A stretch of 64,000 bases of DNA from Planctomycetota bacterium (lineage in GTDB: Bacteria > Planctomycetota > UBA8742 > UBA2392): contig JAGQRE010000001.1 of assembly GCA_020425695.1 (NCBI GenBank), forward strand, positions 41,213 through 105,212. The letters run 5' to 3'. The translations under genes were made by a program, and so were the position numbers. Shown piece after piece: positions 11,834-20,991 of the stretch (the first letter of the stretch is position 1; every line of letters begins with the position of its first letter). The notes beneath the pieces are model-generated. The model was not told where the DNA came from and did not search any database. It saw nothing but the letters and a program-made list of their open reading frames with translations.

Positions 11834-12458
11834 GCCACTACGGAACCGAAAAGGGATCACGTGCGCTACGGTTCTCGAACTGGGCCAGGGTCCGCTCGTC
11901 AACCCGGCACGCCAATGCTGAGCCTTTGTGTGGGATTGTGCCGCGCTTTTGCGCTTTCATTGAGCCAAACGCACGCCGCTACGAAGGCTCGGGTTCCACC
12001 GTAGTCCTAGACATTCCCGTGATTCATTTGCTGCGCAAACCATCCCGGGCTGACTTTCGCTTGCCTTGCGCGTTGTTGTTTCGGTCGGAATTGGTTGTTG
12101 GTGTGCGGTTGCGTGACACGGGTTGGGTTTTGTGCTTGCTGCTGAAGCGTACTCCGGTTCGTAATGGTTGCTGTTAAACACCCCGACGAAAGCGACCGAT
12201 GGAACTTACGCCCTCCAAGCGTGCGGACTTCTTCGCCGCTATTGAGAGGTTCATTTCCGGCCAGTTGACCGGAAGCTAGCAGACCCCTGCCCCATGCGCG
12301 CGCCGTGAATTCGAGCACGAGTCCGGTGCCGATTTCATACGAAGGTCCCGTGGACACAATCGACACCAAATGGCCTTTCAAGAAGAGGTTTTGGTTGGGC
12401 CTTATCCCTGTGGCTTTCGTTGTTACAAATAGGTAAGGAAACTGCCTTGAGGAACTTC

Positions 12459-14192
12459 ATGCCCGGAAGACATCTCTGCATCATTTGTGCTGCGCTTACT
12501 GCCTTGTTTGCGATTCTGCTGATGCTGGCGCCTTCGCCTGCGACCGCCCAGGATGAACCCGCTGAGGCACACGCCACTTCCGTTAGCTTCGGTGAGGGGG
12601 AGGCGCTGGTTGGTTCGGTGCGGACGACGGTCAAGATGATCGGTTCCGACAAGCCGTTGGGCGACTTCAAACTGCTCGTAATGGCCAAGCACGAAGACGG
12701 TAGCAGCACGACCAAGACCGGCTTCACAAGCGACAGGGGCTCGCTGCTGATTGAGCTGCGAGCCAAACCCGCCGAGCTTCGTGTCTTCGCCTATGGCGAC
12801 TACATGATCCCGGAGGGCTGGTCGAACATCCCGCTAACCAAACTTGAACTCGGCGAGCAACCGGCCGACTGGGTGGTTGAAGTTCGTCCACTGAAGCGCG
12901 TGAAGGTAACCGGCACGATCAGTGTTCAAGGTTTGGACACAAAGCCGGAGCGGGCCAGCATAGCCTTCGCGCCGCTTGATGTCGGGCAGGATGGCAGTGT
13001 CCGCATGTTCGATGAGCCGCGCAGCACGCTTTCAAGTGAAGGCGGCAAGTACGAGATCGAGCTACCCAGCGGTTACTACAAGGTCTGGTGCTACTGGGCC
13101 GACCGGACGACGGACGACTGGACCGGTTACATCAAGGTCAACGGGCAGAGCGGTATCTTCGAAAATTCTGTAATCGACCTTGAGTTGATCAAAGGCCCGA
13201 CGCTTGAGGGCAAAGTGGTCGACGCTCGTACCGGCGAAGGCATCCCGGCCTCGATCAACCTGTACACCAACCAGTACCTGCGGCAACTGCGCATCTTCAC
13301 GTCGGATGGCAAGTATCCCAACGAAACCACACCGGATGGTGAAGAGATCATCTGGCCTGTCGGCACGTTCAAGAAACAGATCTTCATGGTGGATCCGAAC
13401 GACTTCACGGTTGTGATTCGACCAGCCGGCTCGGATCAGATCCTGCGTGTGATCGACGACGTGAAGCTGGAAGACATCGTCGGCAAACAGATCACGTGGG
13501 AGCTTTACACCGAAGACATGCGCGTCGTTGACGTCAGGGTGACGACGCAGACTCACGCGCTGCCGGTGAACAATCTGGACATCAACCTGCTGCCGATCCA
13601 GATCGACGTGCCGGACCATTTGCAGCAAAGCTACACAGCCTCGGGTATCACACAGGATGACGGAGTAGTACGTTTTATGGGTCTCTCGACCGGGACCTAT
13701 GAGGTGTACGGCTCACGCGGCAGTACGTTCCTGGGCAAGCTTGAAGTCACGAAAGAGAGCGTGCAGGAGACGAACGTGGTGTTCGAGATCCCGTTCGCGT
13801 ACGGCCAAATCAAGCTCGCCAACGGCGAAGTCTGTAAGCACCTTGAGGTGTTTGTCTGGCTGACCAACAAGGCCGGGCAGGAGTTCGGCCCTTACCCCAG
13901 CAGCGCGTTCAAAGACAACCCGATCCTGCAGAAAGACGGCACCGTGTTTGTGCCGCTACTGTCGAACGGTTCGACGTTTCGGTTTCGTTTTGCGGCAATG
14001 GAAGACGGCAAGGAGTTCGGCGATGCGGACTGGGTCAAGATCAGCGATTTCCCGCTGGCGACGGAAGACACCGTGATTCTCGTCGATAGCGAGAAAGCCT
14101 GGGAATTGGACCTTAAGTTGGGCCCAAACCCGGACTACAAGCCTAAAGAAGAGCCGGAAGACCCCGAGGGCGACCAGCCGGAAGGCGAATAG
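12459..14192 (+). CDS. Secreted protein with repeated carboxypeptidase-regulatory-like (CarboxypepD_reg-type) beta-sandwich motifs, hypothetical
   Basis: Track ORF 12420.. starts at a TTG. The internal ATG (MPGRHLCIICAALTALFAILLMLAPSPATAQ) gives a clean signal peptide. Motifs recur: GKYEIELPSGYYKVWCYW and GVVRFMGLSTGTYEVYGSRG. Acidic, Pro-rich C-terminus. Confidence 0.6.
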   Translation: MPGRHLCIICAALTALFAILLMLAPSPATAQDEPAEAHATSVSFGEGEALVGSVRTTVKMIGSDKPLGDFKLLVMAKHEDGSSTTKTGFTSDRGSLLIELRAKPAELRVFAYGDYMIPEGWSNIPLTKLELGEQPADWVVEVRPLKRVKVTGTISVQGLDTKPERASIAFAPLDVGQDGSVRMFDEPRSTLSSEGGKYEIELPSGYYKVWCYWADRTTDDWTGYIKVNGQSGIFENSVIDLELIKGPTLEGKVVDARTGEGIPASINLYTNQYLRQLRIFTSDGKYPNETTPDGEEIIWPVGTFKKQIFMVDPNDFTVVIRPAGSDQILRVIDDVKLEDIVGKQITWELYTEDMRVVDVRVTTQTHALPVNNLDINLLPIQIDVPDHLQQSYTASGITQDDGVVRFMGLSTGTYEVYGSRGSTFLGKLEVTKESVQETNVVFEIPFAYGQIKLANGEVCKHLEVFVWLTNKAGQEFGPYPSSAFKDNPILQKDGTVFVPLLSNGSTFRFRFAAMEDGKEFGDADWVKISDFPLATEDTVILVDSEKAWELDLKLGPNPDYKPKEEPEDPEGDQPEGE

Positions 14193-14288
14193 AAAACACC
14201 ATTTGCTTTCTCTGATGTCGCACGAAGCGGTACAATCCATGGCGAGGCAGTACTGGGGCCCATACGGAGCCAGTCCTGAGGAGGAGCC

Positions 14289-16004
14289 ATGAACCGCCGC
14301 CGCGCAGGCGTCATCGCGACGCTGTTGATCCTGTTTGCTGTCCTGATTACGTCCTGGGTGAACATCTACGATGTTCACCTGCCGTTCGGGGAATGGGGAC
14401 GACCATCGGACGGGCCGCGCCACAAAGTCGGGGAAGTCAATCCGGACAAGGACGCACACTTCACGGACGCACCTGCACCAGAAGACTCCATAACCAGGGG
14501 TAACCGTCCGCTGGAAATCGTCGATGAGCCCCGCATCGTGGCAACCCCGCCCGAGCCGATGGAGATTCCGGATACCGCCGGCGACCTCGATACCGGGCGC
14601 AGAGAGCAAGTCGTCGCTGAACTGAGGGCAGGCGAACCCGGAGTAAGCGGGGCAAACGCTGACTTCGATTTGCAGCCGTTCATCGTCTCCACATTGGTGA
14701 AGTACCCGACTGAGGTGGACAAGGGCGTCACTGGCTTGTTCGGCGGCAGCGCGTTGATCAAGCTTTCGGACAGTTTCAGCGACGGCAACTACGAACAGTT
14801 GCTGAACCCTGCATTCGACTACCTGCTGCAAGGCAAGGTGAACTTTCCAGCATTGGCTGAAACCGACCGGTCGAGGCTGGATGCGGCTGATCGACTGCAA
14901 GCATGGGTCTACTTACCTGAGCTCCCAGACTTCTATTGCGTCGTGACGCCTGAAAACAACACGTTTGTGCTGCGGCTGATGGACTCGCAGGTCAAGCGCT
15001 ATCGGCAAAAAGGGCTGACTGTGTGCGTGCACTCGCCCGCGTTTCGTGTCGCAGGCGGTGGAGAGTCCATCACACTGACGAAGGTCAGTGAACAGACGCC
15101 GGAGATAAACCTCGAGTTCGCGCCCGTCTTCAAGCTGGTTGTACGTGTCACGCCTCAGGGCGCCGTTGATGACGGCGTCCGCGTTTGGGTTGAGCGGCGC
15201 GGCGTCGAATGCCCAATCGACGATTCCATTTACATGAGTGCCAACGTGCCACCATCCGGCGAGCTGGTGTTTCACGTGCCGGAACACTACGGCGAGCTTC
15301 GCCTCGCCGTCACGGGTGCTGACTGGCACAGCGGGCTACCTCAATTGGTCAGGTTCGATGATTGGAGCAAGACCGTTTCCAACGTGAGCCTCACCTGCAC
15401 GCCGGAACCGTGCGACCGCATTACTGGCGCGATTGGCAGACAGGTGAAGTCAACAGCCAGCGAAAATGAGTTCGAGTTTCAGGGTGGAGGCGTAGCTCGG
15501 ATTGAGGACACCGCCTTTGGGACAGTCGTGTACAGTAGGCCGGATGGAGCATTCGACTGCCTGTTCCCGTACACACTGACAACACCCAATCGTCAACTAA
15601 TCATCAGCAGCCGTGGATATGCACCCATAGGTGTTGCGCTTGATCGCGGATTGGGAGACCAGAATTCGGTAGTCATTACGAACAACGGGCGTTCTCCGTA
15701 CGGGCCGTGGCAAATCACGCGAAGTCGAATTGTCGGCGTTGATGTAACGGTTCCCGAACTGGAGAATGAGAGTCGCACGTTTGCCGTGGACGGGCGTGTG
15801 AGCCTCTCAAGAGAAGTCAATCAAGTGTTCTGGGGTAGCCGGCTCATAGAGGTATTGAAAGGCGCTGGCGGCCAGGTTGTCGCGAGCTACTGGATCAGCG
15901 ATGACGCCTGGGAAGACGCGCTGAGAGAACAGGCAAAGGGTCGCACTCCAGTAAAATTGAAACTGATGACGTTGGAGAAATACCTCGAACGCCAGGTTCG
16001 GTAG
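14289..16004 (+). CDS. Membrane-anchored (N-terminal signal-anchor) hypothetical protein, possibly beta-sandwich rich
   Basis: 571 aa. N-terminal TM helix (VIATLLILFAVLITSWV). No catalytic motifs recognised. Tandem with the upstream secreted protein. GGAGGA RBS. Confidence 0.55.
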   Translation: MNRRRAGVIATLLILFAVLITSWVNIYDVHLPFGEWGRPSDGPRHKVGEVNPDKDAHFTDAPAPEDSITRGNRPLEIVDEPRIVATPPEPMEIPDTAGDLDTGRREQVVAELRAGEPGVSGANADFDLQPFIVSTLVKYPTEVDKGVTGLFGGSALIKLSDSFSDGNYEQLLNPAFDYLLQGKVNFPALAETDRSRLDAADRLQAWVYLPELPDFYCVVTPENNTFVLRLMDSQVKRYRQKGLTVCVHSPAFRVAGGGESITLTKVSEQTPEINLEFAPVFKLVVRVTPQGAVDDGVRVWVERRGVECPIDDSIYMSANVPPSGELVFHVPEHYGELRLAVTGADWHSGLPQLVRFDDWSKTVSNVSLTCTPEPCDRITGAIGRQVKSTASENEFEFQGGGVARIEDTAFGTVVYSRPDGAFDCLFPYTLTTPNRQLIISSRGYAPIGVALDRGLGDQNSVVITNNGRSPYGPWQITRSRIVGVDVTVPELENESRTFAVDGRVSLSREVNQVFWGSRLIEVLKGAGGQVVASYWISDDAWEDALREQAKGRTPVKLKLMTLEKYLERQVR

Positions 16005-16598
16005 CTAGCGCAGCTCATCCAGACGCAGGGCGTAGGCTGGCAGGGCGACCATTTCGCGCCCGACGAAGTACGGCTCTTTAACTAGTACTTTGCCGTCGCT
16101 AGGCGATGCGTAGGTTTCTACGCCTTCCTGTTCAAGGCACAGGCGCGTGCGGGCGACGTGGAACCACTGGCTTACGACCAGCGCTGTTTTGAAGCCGCGC
16201 TTGCGCATTAGGGCGGCGACATTCAGCCCGCTGTCCCGTGTCGTTGCTGATTCGTTCTCAATGATGATCGCTGGTTTGGGGACGCCATGCTGGATCAGCC
16301 ATTCGGCCATGACTTCACCCTCGGCGTAATTGCCTTCGCCGCCGCCGGTGACGATGACATTGGGGGCGCGACCATCGTGATACAGCGCAGCGGCTTTCTC
16401 TAGTCGGTACAGCAAGGCGTCACTTGGGGTTCGGTTACGCCACACGGCCGCACCGGGGACAACGATGCAATCGGCCTGCTGCGATGATTCGAGCCCGCCG
16501 CCGATGTAGACCCAGGCAAAGAGCGCCGTCGTTATCAGAGCCGTTACGACTAACACCCGTTTGGCCAAGCGCAGAGTTGTCTTGAGTCGCTCACGCAT
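16005..16598 (-). CDS. DUF218/YdcF (SanA/ElyC)-family protein
   Basis: 197 aa. N-terminal TM segment, then ADCIVVPGAAV...NVIVTGGGEGNYAEGEV, typical of DUF218. Confidence 0.65.
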   Translation of the reverse strand: MRERLKTTLRLAKRVLVVTALITTALFAWVYIGGGLESSQQADCIVVPGAAVWRNRTPSDALLYRLEKAAALYHDGRAPNVIVTGGGEGNYAEGEVMAEWLIQHGVPKPAIIIENESATTRDSGLNVAALMRKRGFKTALVVSQWFHVARTRLCLEQEGVETYASPSDGKVLVKEPYFVGREMVALPAYALRLDELR

Positions 16599-16651
16599 GT
16601 TCGGTTTATCGTCGCGTCACGTGTTACGGCTTGAGTGAAGCGGCATGAAAA

Positions 16652-16680
16652 TGCCCGGGCGTTTTGTGCGCCCGGGCTGT
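16652..16680 (-). terminator. Putative intrinsic terminator downstream of the MarR-family gene
   Basis: Perfect 9-bp inverted repeat GCCCGGGCG / CGCCCGGGC with a 7-nt loop, followed on the minus strand by AUUUUCAU. Confidence 0.4.
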
Positions 16681-16699
16681 CAAGTGATTGTTTTTGATA

Positions 16700-17212
16700 C
16701 TAAGCCGCCGAAGTCTGACGCGTCTCTTCCATGGCGCTGAGGCGCGAAAGCAACTTGGTGATTGCGCCCTCAACCTGGGTCGCCGATTTGTCGCTGATGG
16801 CGCTGAACAGGTCCTCGGCAAAACCTTCGTAGCTCTCGTACAGAACCGAAAGGCTCTCAGCACCCTTCACCGACAAAGAGACGATGCGCGAACGCCGATC
16901 CTCACCACGCTGGTGGCCCACCAGGCGAAGCGCACTGAGTTTCTTTACGGCCAGCGTGATGCTCGGAAGCGTGATGCCCATGGCTTCGGCCAACTGGGAA
17001 TGGGTTAGCGAGTAATCCGGCGCGGCGTACAGCACCTTTAGCATTTCGTAGTGAGTAGGGGAGAGATTCCAGCGTGCCAGCCTTTCCGTCAACGCGCGAT
17101 CATACCGCTTCGCGAGTCGCAGCAGTTGAGAACCTAGACGCGTTCGTTTGTCAGCTGACATTTTAAAGTTGCGCGGCAACGCCATGACGATCTCCCGTGG
17201 GTTCATCGACAT
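16700..17212 (-). CDS. MarR-family transcriptional regulator
   Basis: 170 aa. Winged-HTH region LTHSQLAEAMGITLPSITLAVKKLSALRLVGHQRGEDRRSRIVSLS, typical of MarR. Confidence 0.8.
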   Translation of the reverse strand: MSMNPREIVMALPRNFKMSADKRTRLGSQLLRLAKRYDRALTERLARWNLSPTHYEMLKVLYAAPDYSLTHSQLAEAMGITLPSITLAVKKLSALRLVGHQRGEDRRSRIVSLSVKGAESLSVLYESYEGFAEDLFSAISDKSATQVEGAITKLLSRLSAMEETRQTSAA

Positions 17213-17240
17213 AGAACCGGCGATACTTTAGAGATTAACC

Positions 17241-18746
17241 TTATTGGCGCAGGCGATTCTCGGCCCACCATTCACGCCAGCGTTTGATGTCCCAGGATTT
17301 TCCGGTTCCGAACACGACATTCATCGCCTTGAGTCGCGCCCGTTGCATGCTGAAGATGCTGTCTTTGAAGTCATCACCTACGAGTAGATCGCCCGCACTG
17401 CGTTTTTCGCGTGATTCAACAAGGTGCGCCGTCATGAAGAGGTCCTGCGCGCGTCCGTCCTTGATCGCGTTCCGCATGGTCGTCAGGGGGCGACTTGTGG
17501 CGTCACTCAGTTTGAACTCAGCCGGGTAAACGTAGATGCTTCGCGTAGGGAAGCTGACGGGGCGCAAAACAAGAGGCTGTCCGTCAGCATTCCACGCGCC
17601 ATACACGCGCAAAGCGGCTTCAATCTGTACGTAACCCAGTGCGTACTTTTTGGCAGCGTCAGAGTCCAGACTCGCGAGACTTTCCAGCGGGACGGCGATT
17701 TCGTAACTGTCGTTGGGTTTCAGTGTGATTGAATTGCCGGAATCAATCGGCAGGCGAACCGTGCCGGTCTGAGACATCGCGTTGCCGGAGTAGTCTCGCT
17801 GCTCATAGGTAACACTGAGTTGCAGGATACTCTCCTTGCCTTCGCCTTCGAACAGGCGCAGCGTAATCGGCGACGCGCTTACGTTCTTAAGAAAGCAACG
17901 AATCGTCAGGGGCTGCACGAACGGTGCCGACTTCTCAGGCTTTGAGTACTGCACGTTTCCCGGTTCAAGTTTCATGATGCCTGCGATCAACAACTCGGAC
18001 TGACTCTCGCCGCGCGCCTGCATGATCAACGCGTCAAACTCAGAACGCAGTTTGGTGTCCGGCAGCAGCGTGATCGCGGCCTCGGCAATACGCTGCGCCT
18101 GTTCATAGCGCCCGCCATCAAGCAGTCGACGGGCCTGTTCGAGGCGGGAACTCAGAAAGCGCTCGACTTCGACGCGGTTGAAGTCGTCAAGCTTACCCGT
18201 GTATTCAGGGATTGTCGGCCCCTCCTTGACCTCTTTCGGGTTTGGGTCTTTAGGATCGGGCTTTATCTCTGGATTTTCAGGGTCTTTGGCTTCGACAACG
18301 GTCGCGCTTGCACCAGGGTTGTCGCGTTCAATACGGCGAATCACGAACATCATGTCCATGGCTACCGCGTCACGGTCGACAGTTCGAAAGAATGTCAGGT
18401 AACGAGGGCCGAGTGAAACGAGCTCTTCAATGATCTTGTTGCGCTCGATGTCGTCTTCAACCAGTTCCAGCTTGTTAATGGCTAGCGCGGCCTTGGCTTC
18501 TTCATCACTGGTAAGCGGTCGTTTGTCTTCAGTTTCAGGTGGAGGTGCTTCACCAGGTTGGGCGTCTTCGGCCGTTTCAGCAGCTATGAAGCTGCCATCG
18601 TTGGCGTCAGGTACTGGGTTTGAGGTTGCGCAACTCGTGGATACGAGCAGCAGCAACAGGATGAGAACGCTTGAGAACTTCACCAATGACACCCGTAGGG
18701 GAAGGCAGGGTGGAAAAAGCCTAGCCGCTGAACGCGCGCGCGGCAA
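17241..18746 (-). CDS. Secreted/lipoprotein-like hypothetical protein (501 aa)
   Basis: Hydrophobic signal with LVSTSC. Acidic, Pro-rich linker (PDPKDPNPKEVKEGP). No recognisable catalytic motif. Confidence 0.5.
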   Translation of the reverse strand: MPRARSAARLFPPCLPLRVSLVKFSSVLILLLLLVSTSCATSNPVPDANDGSFIAAETAEDAQPGEAPPPETEDKRPLTSDEEAKAALAINKLELVEDDIERNKIIEELVSLGPRYLTFFRTVDRDAVAMDMMFVIRRIERDNPGASATVVEAKDPENPEIKPDPKDPNPKEVKEGPTIPEYTGKLDDFNRVEVERFLSSRLEQARRLLDGGRYEQAQRIAEAAITLLPDTKLRSEFDALIMQARGESQSELLIAGIMKLEPGNVQYSKPEKSAPFVQPLTIRCFLKNVSASPITLRLFEGEGKESILQLSVTYEQRDYSGNAMSQTGTVRLPIDSGNSITLKPNDSYEIAVPLESLASLDSDAAKKYALGYVQIEAALRVYGAWNADGQPLVLRPVSFPTRSIYVYPAEFKLSDATSRPLTTMRNAIKDGRAQDLFMTAHLVESREKRSAGDLLVGDDFKDSIFSMQRARLKAMNVVFGTGKSWDIKRWREWWAENRLRQ

Positions 18747-18757
18747 GGCAGTGGCAG

Positions 18758-20584
18758 CTATTCCACCGTCACTGACTTGGCCAGGTTTCGCGGTTTATCG
18801 ACGTCACGACCCAGTTGCGTAGCCGTGTAATAGGCCAGAAGTTGCAGCGGAACGACGGCCAGAATCGGGCTTAACTCTTCTTCACAGGCGGGAATTTCAA
18901 TCAGGTAGTCCGCCAGTTCCCGGGCTTCTTCGTCGCCATGGGTGCTTACCATGACGACGACGCCCTTGCGCGCCTTGATTTCCTGTACGTTGCTGATGAG
19001 CTTTTCGCGTGTCTTGCCTTGGGGCGCGATCGCGATCGTAGGAAACGTTCCTTCAACAAGCGCCAGCGGACCGTGCTTCATTTCGCCGCCGGCGTAGCCT
19101 TCTGCGTGGATGTAGCTGATCTCCTTCAGCTTCAGCGCGCCTTCCATCGCGGTGGGGTAGTTGAAGTGACGCCCAATGTACATGAAGTTGAAGACATCCT
19201 TGTAGCGCTTGGCACAGCGCTTCACGGCCACGATGTCTTCATCCAGCAGGCTCTTCACCTGGGCTGGAAGCTCGCGGAGTCCTTGCACAATACGGGCTTC
19301 TTCCACGTCTGAGACACGATTGAGAAGGCGGCCGATACCGACGGCCAGCAGAACAAAGCCTGCAAGCTGTGTGGTGTAAGCCTTGGTACTGGCCACACCA
19401 ATTTCCGGCCCGGCACGAGTGTACAGCGTCGCGTCACAATGGCGCGGGATGCTGCTGCCCATGACGTTGCAGACGGCAATCGTGCGTGCGCCGCCCGCCT
19501 TGACAATACGCAAGGCTTCCAGCGTGTCTGCCGTTTCACCGCTTTGGCTTACCGCGACCACGAGCATGCCCGGGTCTATTACGGGGTCAGCGTATCGGAA
19601 CTCACTGGCCGACCACGTCTCGGTAGGGATGCGGGTGAAACGCTCGAGTAGGTATTTGCCGACCATGCCCGAATACAGGCTGGTGCCGCAGGCCAGGATG
19701 GCAATCCGGTTGACGCCGTGCAGCATATCCGCCGTAAGCCCTAGCTCAGAAAGATCGATCCGCTCGCCCTCAATGCGTCCTCGAATCGTTTCGGACAGCG
19801 CGTGCGGCTGCTCATGCACTTCCTTCAACATGAAGTGCTCGTAGCCTTCCTTCTCGGCAGCATCGAGCGTCAGGTCGGTTTCGGTGACCGTCGCTTCGAT
19901 GGGTTGCATTTCCGTGTTGAACAGGCGAACGCCCTCGCGGGTGACTTCTGCGAGGCAGCCCTCGGCAAGGAAGATCACCTTGCGCGTGTACTTCAGGAGT
20001 GCCGGTACATCACTGGCCAGAAAGTTTTCACCCTCGCCCACACCAATGACAAGCGGACTTCCGACCCTCGTGGCAATGATCCGGTTGGGTTCATCGCTGT
20101 GGCAGACGGCGATCGCGTAGGCCCCGCGCAGGCGTTTGAGCACCTTGTGCACGGTAGCCAACAAGTCGCCGTCATAGTTCTTGGCCAGCAAGTGCGCGAC
20201 GACTTCCGTGTCTGTGTCTGACTTGAACTGTACGCCTTGCTCAAGCAGTTCGTTCTTTAACTCGCGGTAGTTCTCGATAATGCCGTTGTGAATGATGCTC
20301 AGCTTGCCGTCGTAGCTAACGTGGGGGTGGGAGTTCACAAGGTTCGGCACGCCGTGGGTTGCCCAACGCGTGTGGCCGATACCTACGCCGCCCTTGGCCG
20401 GATTTGTTCGGAGCTCGTCTTCAAGTGCGCTAAGGCGCCCGACGGCCTTGCGTACTTGTACGCCACTGCCGTTCAGCACGGCCACACCGGCAGAATCGTA
20501 GCCGCGATACTCAAGGCGTCGCAGCCCTTCGATCAATACTTCGGTCGCTTCACGCGACCCTACATATCCGACGATTCCACACAC
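18758..20584 (-). CDS. glmS: Glutamine--fructose-6-phosphate aminotransferase (isomerising), likely GTG start
   Basis: CGIVGYVGSREATEVLIEGLRRLEYRGYDSAGVA N-terminus and two SIS domains. The track ORF extends upstream to 20707 without an ATG before the Cys. The GTG immediately before TGT, with a GGAGA Shine-Dalgarno sequence 7 nt upstream, gives the canonical (M)CGI N-terminus. Confidence 0.9.
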   Translation of the reverse strand: MCGIVGYVGSREATEVLIEGLRRLEYRGYDSAGVAVLNGSGVQVRKAVGRLSALEDELRTNPAKGGVGIGHTRWATHGVPNLVNSHPHVSYDGKLSIIHNGIIENYRELKNELLEQGVQFKSDTDTEVVAHLLAKNYDGDLLATVHKVLKRLRGAYAIAVCHSDEPNRIIATRVGSPLVIGVGEGENFLASDVPALLKYTRKVIFLAEGCLAEVTREGVRLFNTEMQPIEATVTETDLTLDAAEKEGYEHFMLKEVHEQPHALSETIRGRIEGERIDLSELGLTADMLHGVNRIAILACGTSLYSGMVGKYLLERFTRIPTETWSASEFRYADPVIDPGMLVVAVSQSGETADTLEALRIVKAGGARTIAVCNVMGSSIPRHCDATLYTRAGPEIGVASTKAYTTQLAGFVLLAVGIGRLLNRVSDVEEARIVQGLRELPAQVKSLLDEDIVAVKRCAKRYKDVFNFMYIGRHFNYPTAMEGALKLKEISYIHAEGYAGGEMKHGPLALVEGTFPTIAIAPQGKTREKLISNVQEIKARKGVVVMVSTHGDEEARELADYLIEIPACEEELSPILAVVPLQLLAYYTATQLGRDVDKPRNLAKSVTVE

Positions 20585-20660
20585 AGCGCGTTCTCCACGG
20601 GTCAAATAGCATATCGTCAGCCCGCGGGGGAGAGGTGTAGCAGGTTTTGGGAAACTGGAA

Positions 20661-20918
20661 TTAGACCGACGTCGAGGGACGATCCAGAAGGGCTTCAGCC
20701 ACGTCATCCATCAAGACGTACTCGATATCCCTGACTCGGACCATCTGTTCGTGTTCGAACTCGCCGTTTTCGGCATCCGAAACGATTTTCATTAGCTCGG
20801 AATCCATCTGTTCGTACTGTTCACGAGTAATACGAGGCCTGCCTCGTCCGTACAGGTTGTACAGGATGAGGTAGTTTTCATAATAGTAGTCGTATACGTC
20901 ACTGCTTTTGGACGTCAT
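20661..20918 (-). CDS. Small tyrosine-rich hypothetical protein (~85 aa), low GC
   Basis: MTSKSSDVYDYYYENYLILYNLYGRGRP... No homology recognised. One 60-nt sample gave ~40% GC against ~60% genome background. Directly upstream of glmS on the same strand. Confidence 0.4.
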   Translation of the reverse strand: MTSKSSDVYDYYYENYLILYNLYGRGRPRITREQYEQMDSELMKIVSDAENGEFEHEQMVRVRDIEYVLMDDVAEALLDRPSTSV

Positions 20919-20991
20919 ATCGGTAATCCCGGAGCCCAATGGCTGGGCTTTATTCTAGGCGGGGAAGGCTGACAGCACAACGCTTGGTGCG

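Noticed and set aside
12007-12381. 124-aa minus-strand ORF in the ORF-less stretch after the NTPase
   Set aside because: Gln/Ser/Thr-rich, no RBS, no recognisable fold. Treated as non-coding, but flagged in the findings as a possible decayed gene.
20585-20707. Upstream extension of the glmS ORF in the track
   Set aside because: GlmS requires an N-terminal Cys nucleophile directly after the initiator. The GTG immediately before TGT, with a Shine-Dalgarno sequence, fits. The extension has no start codon context.
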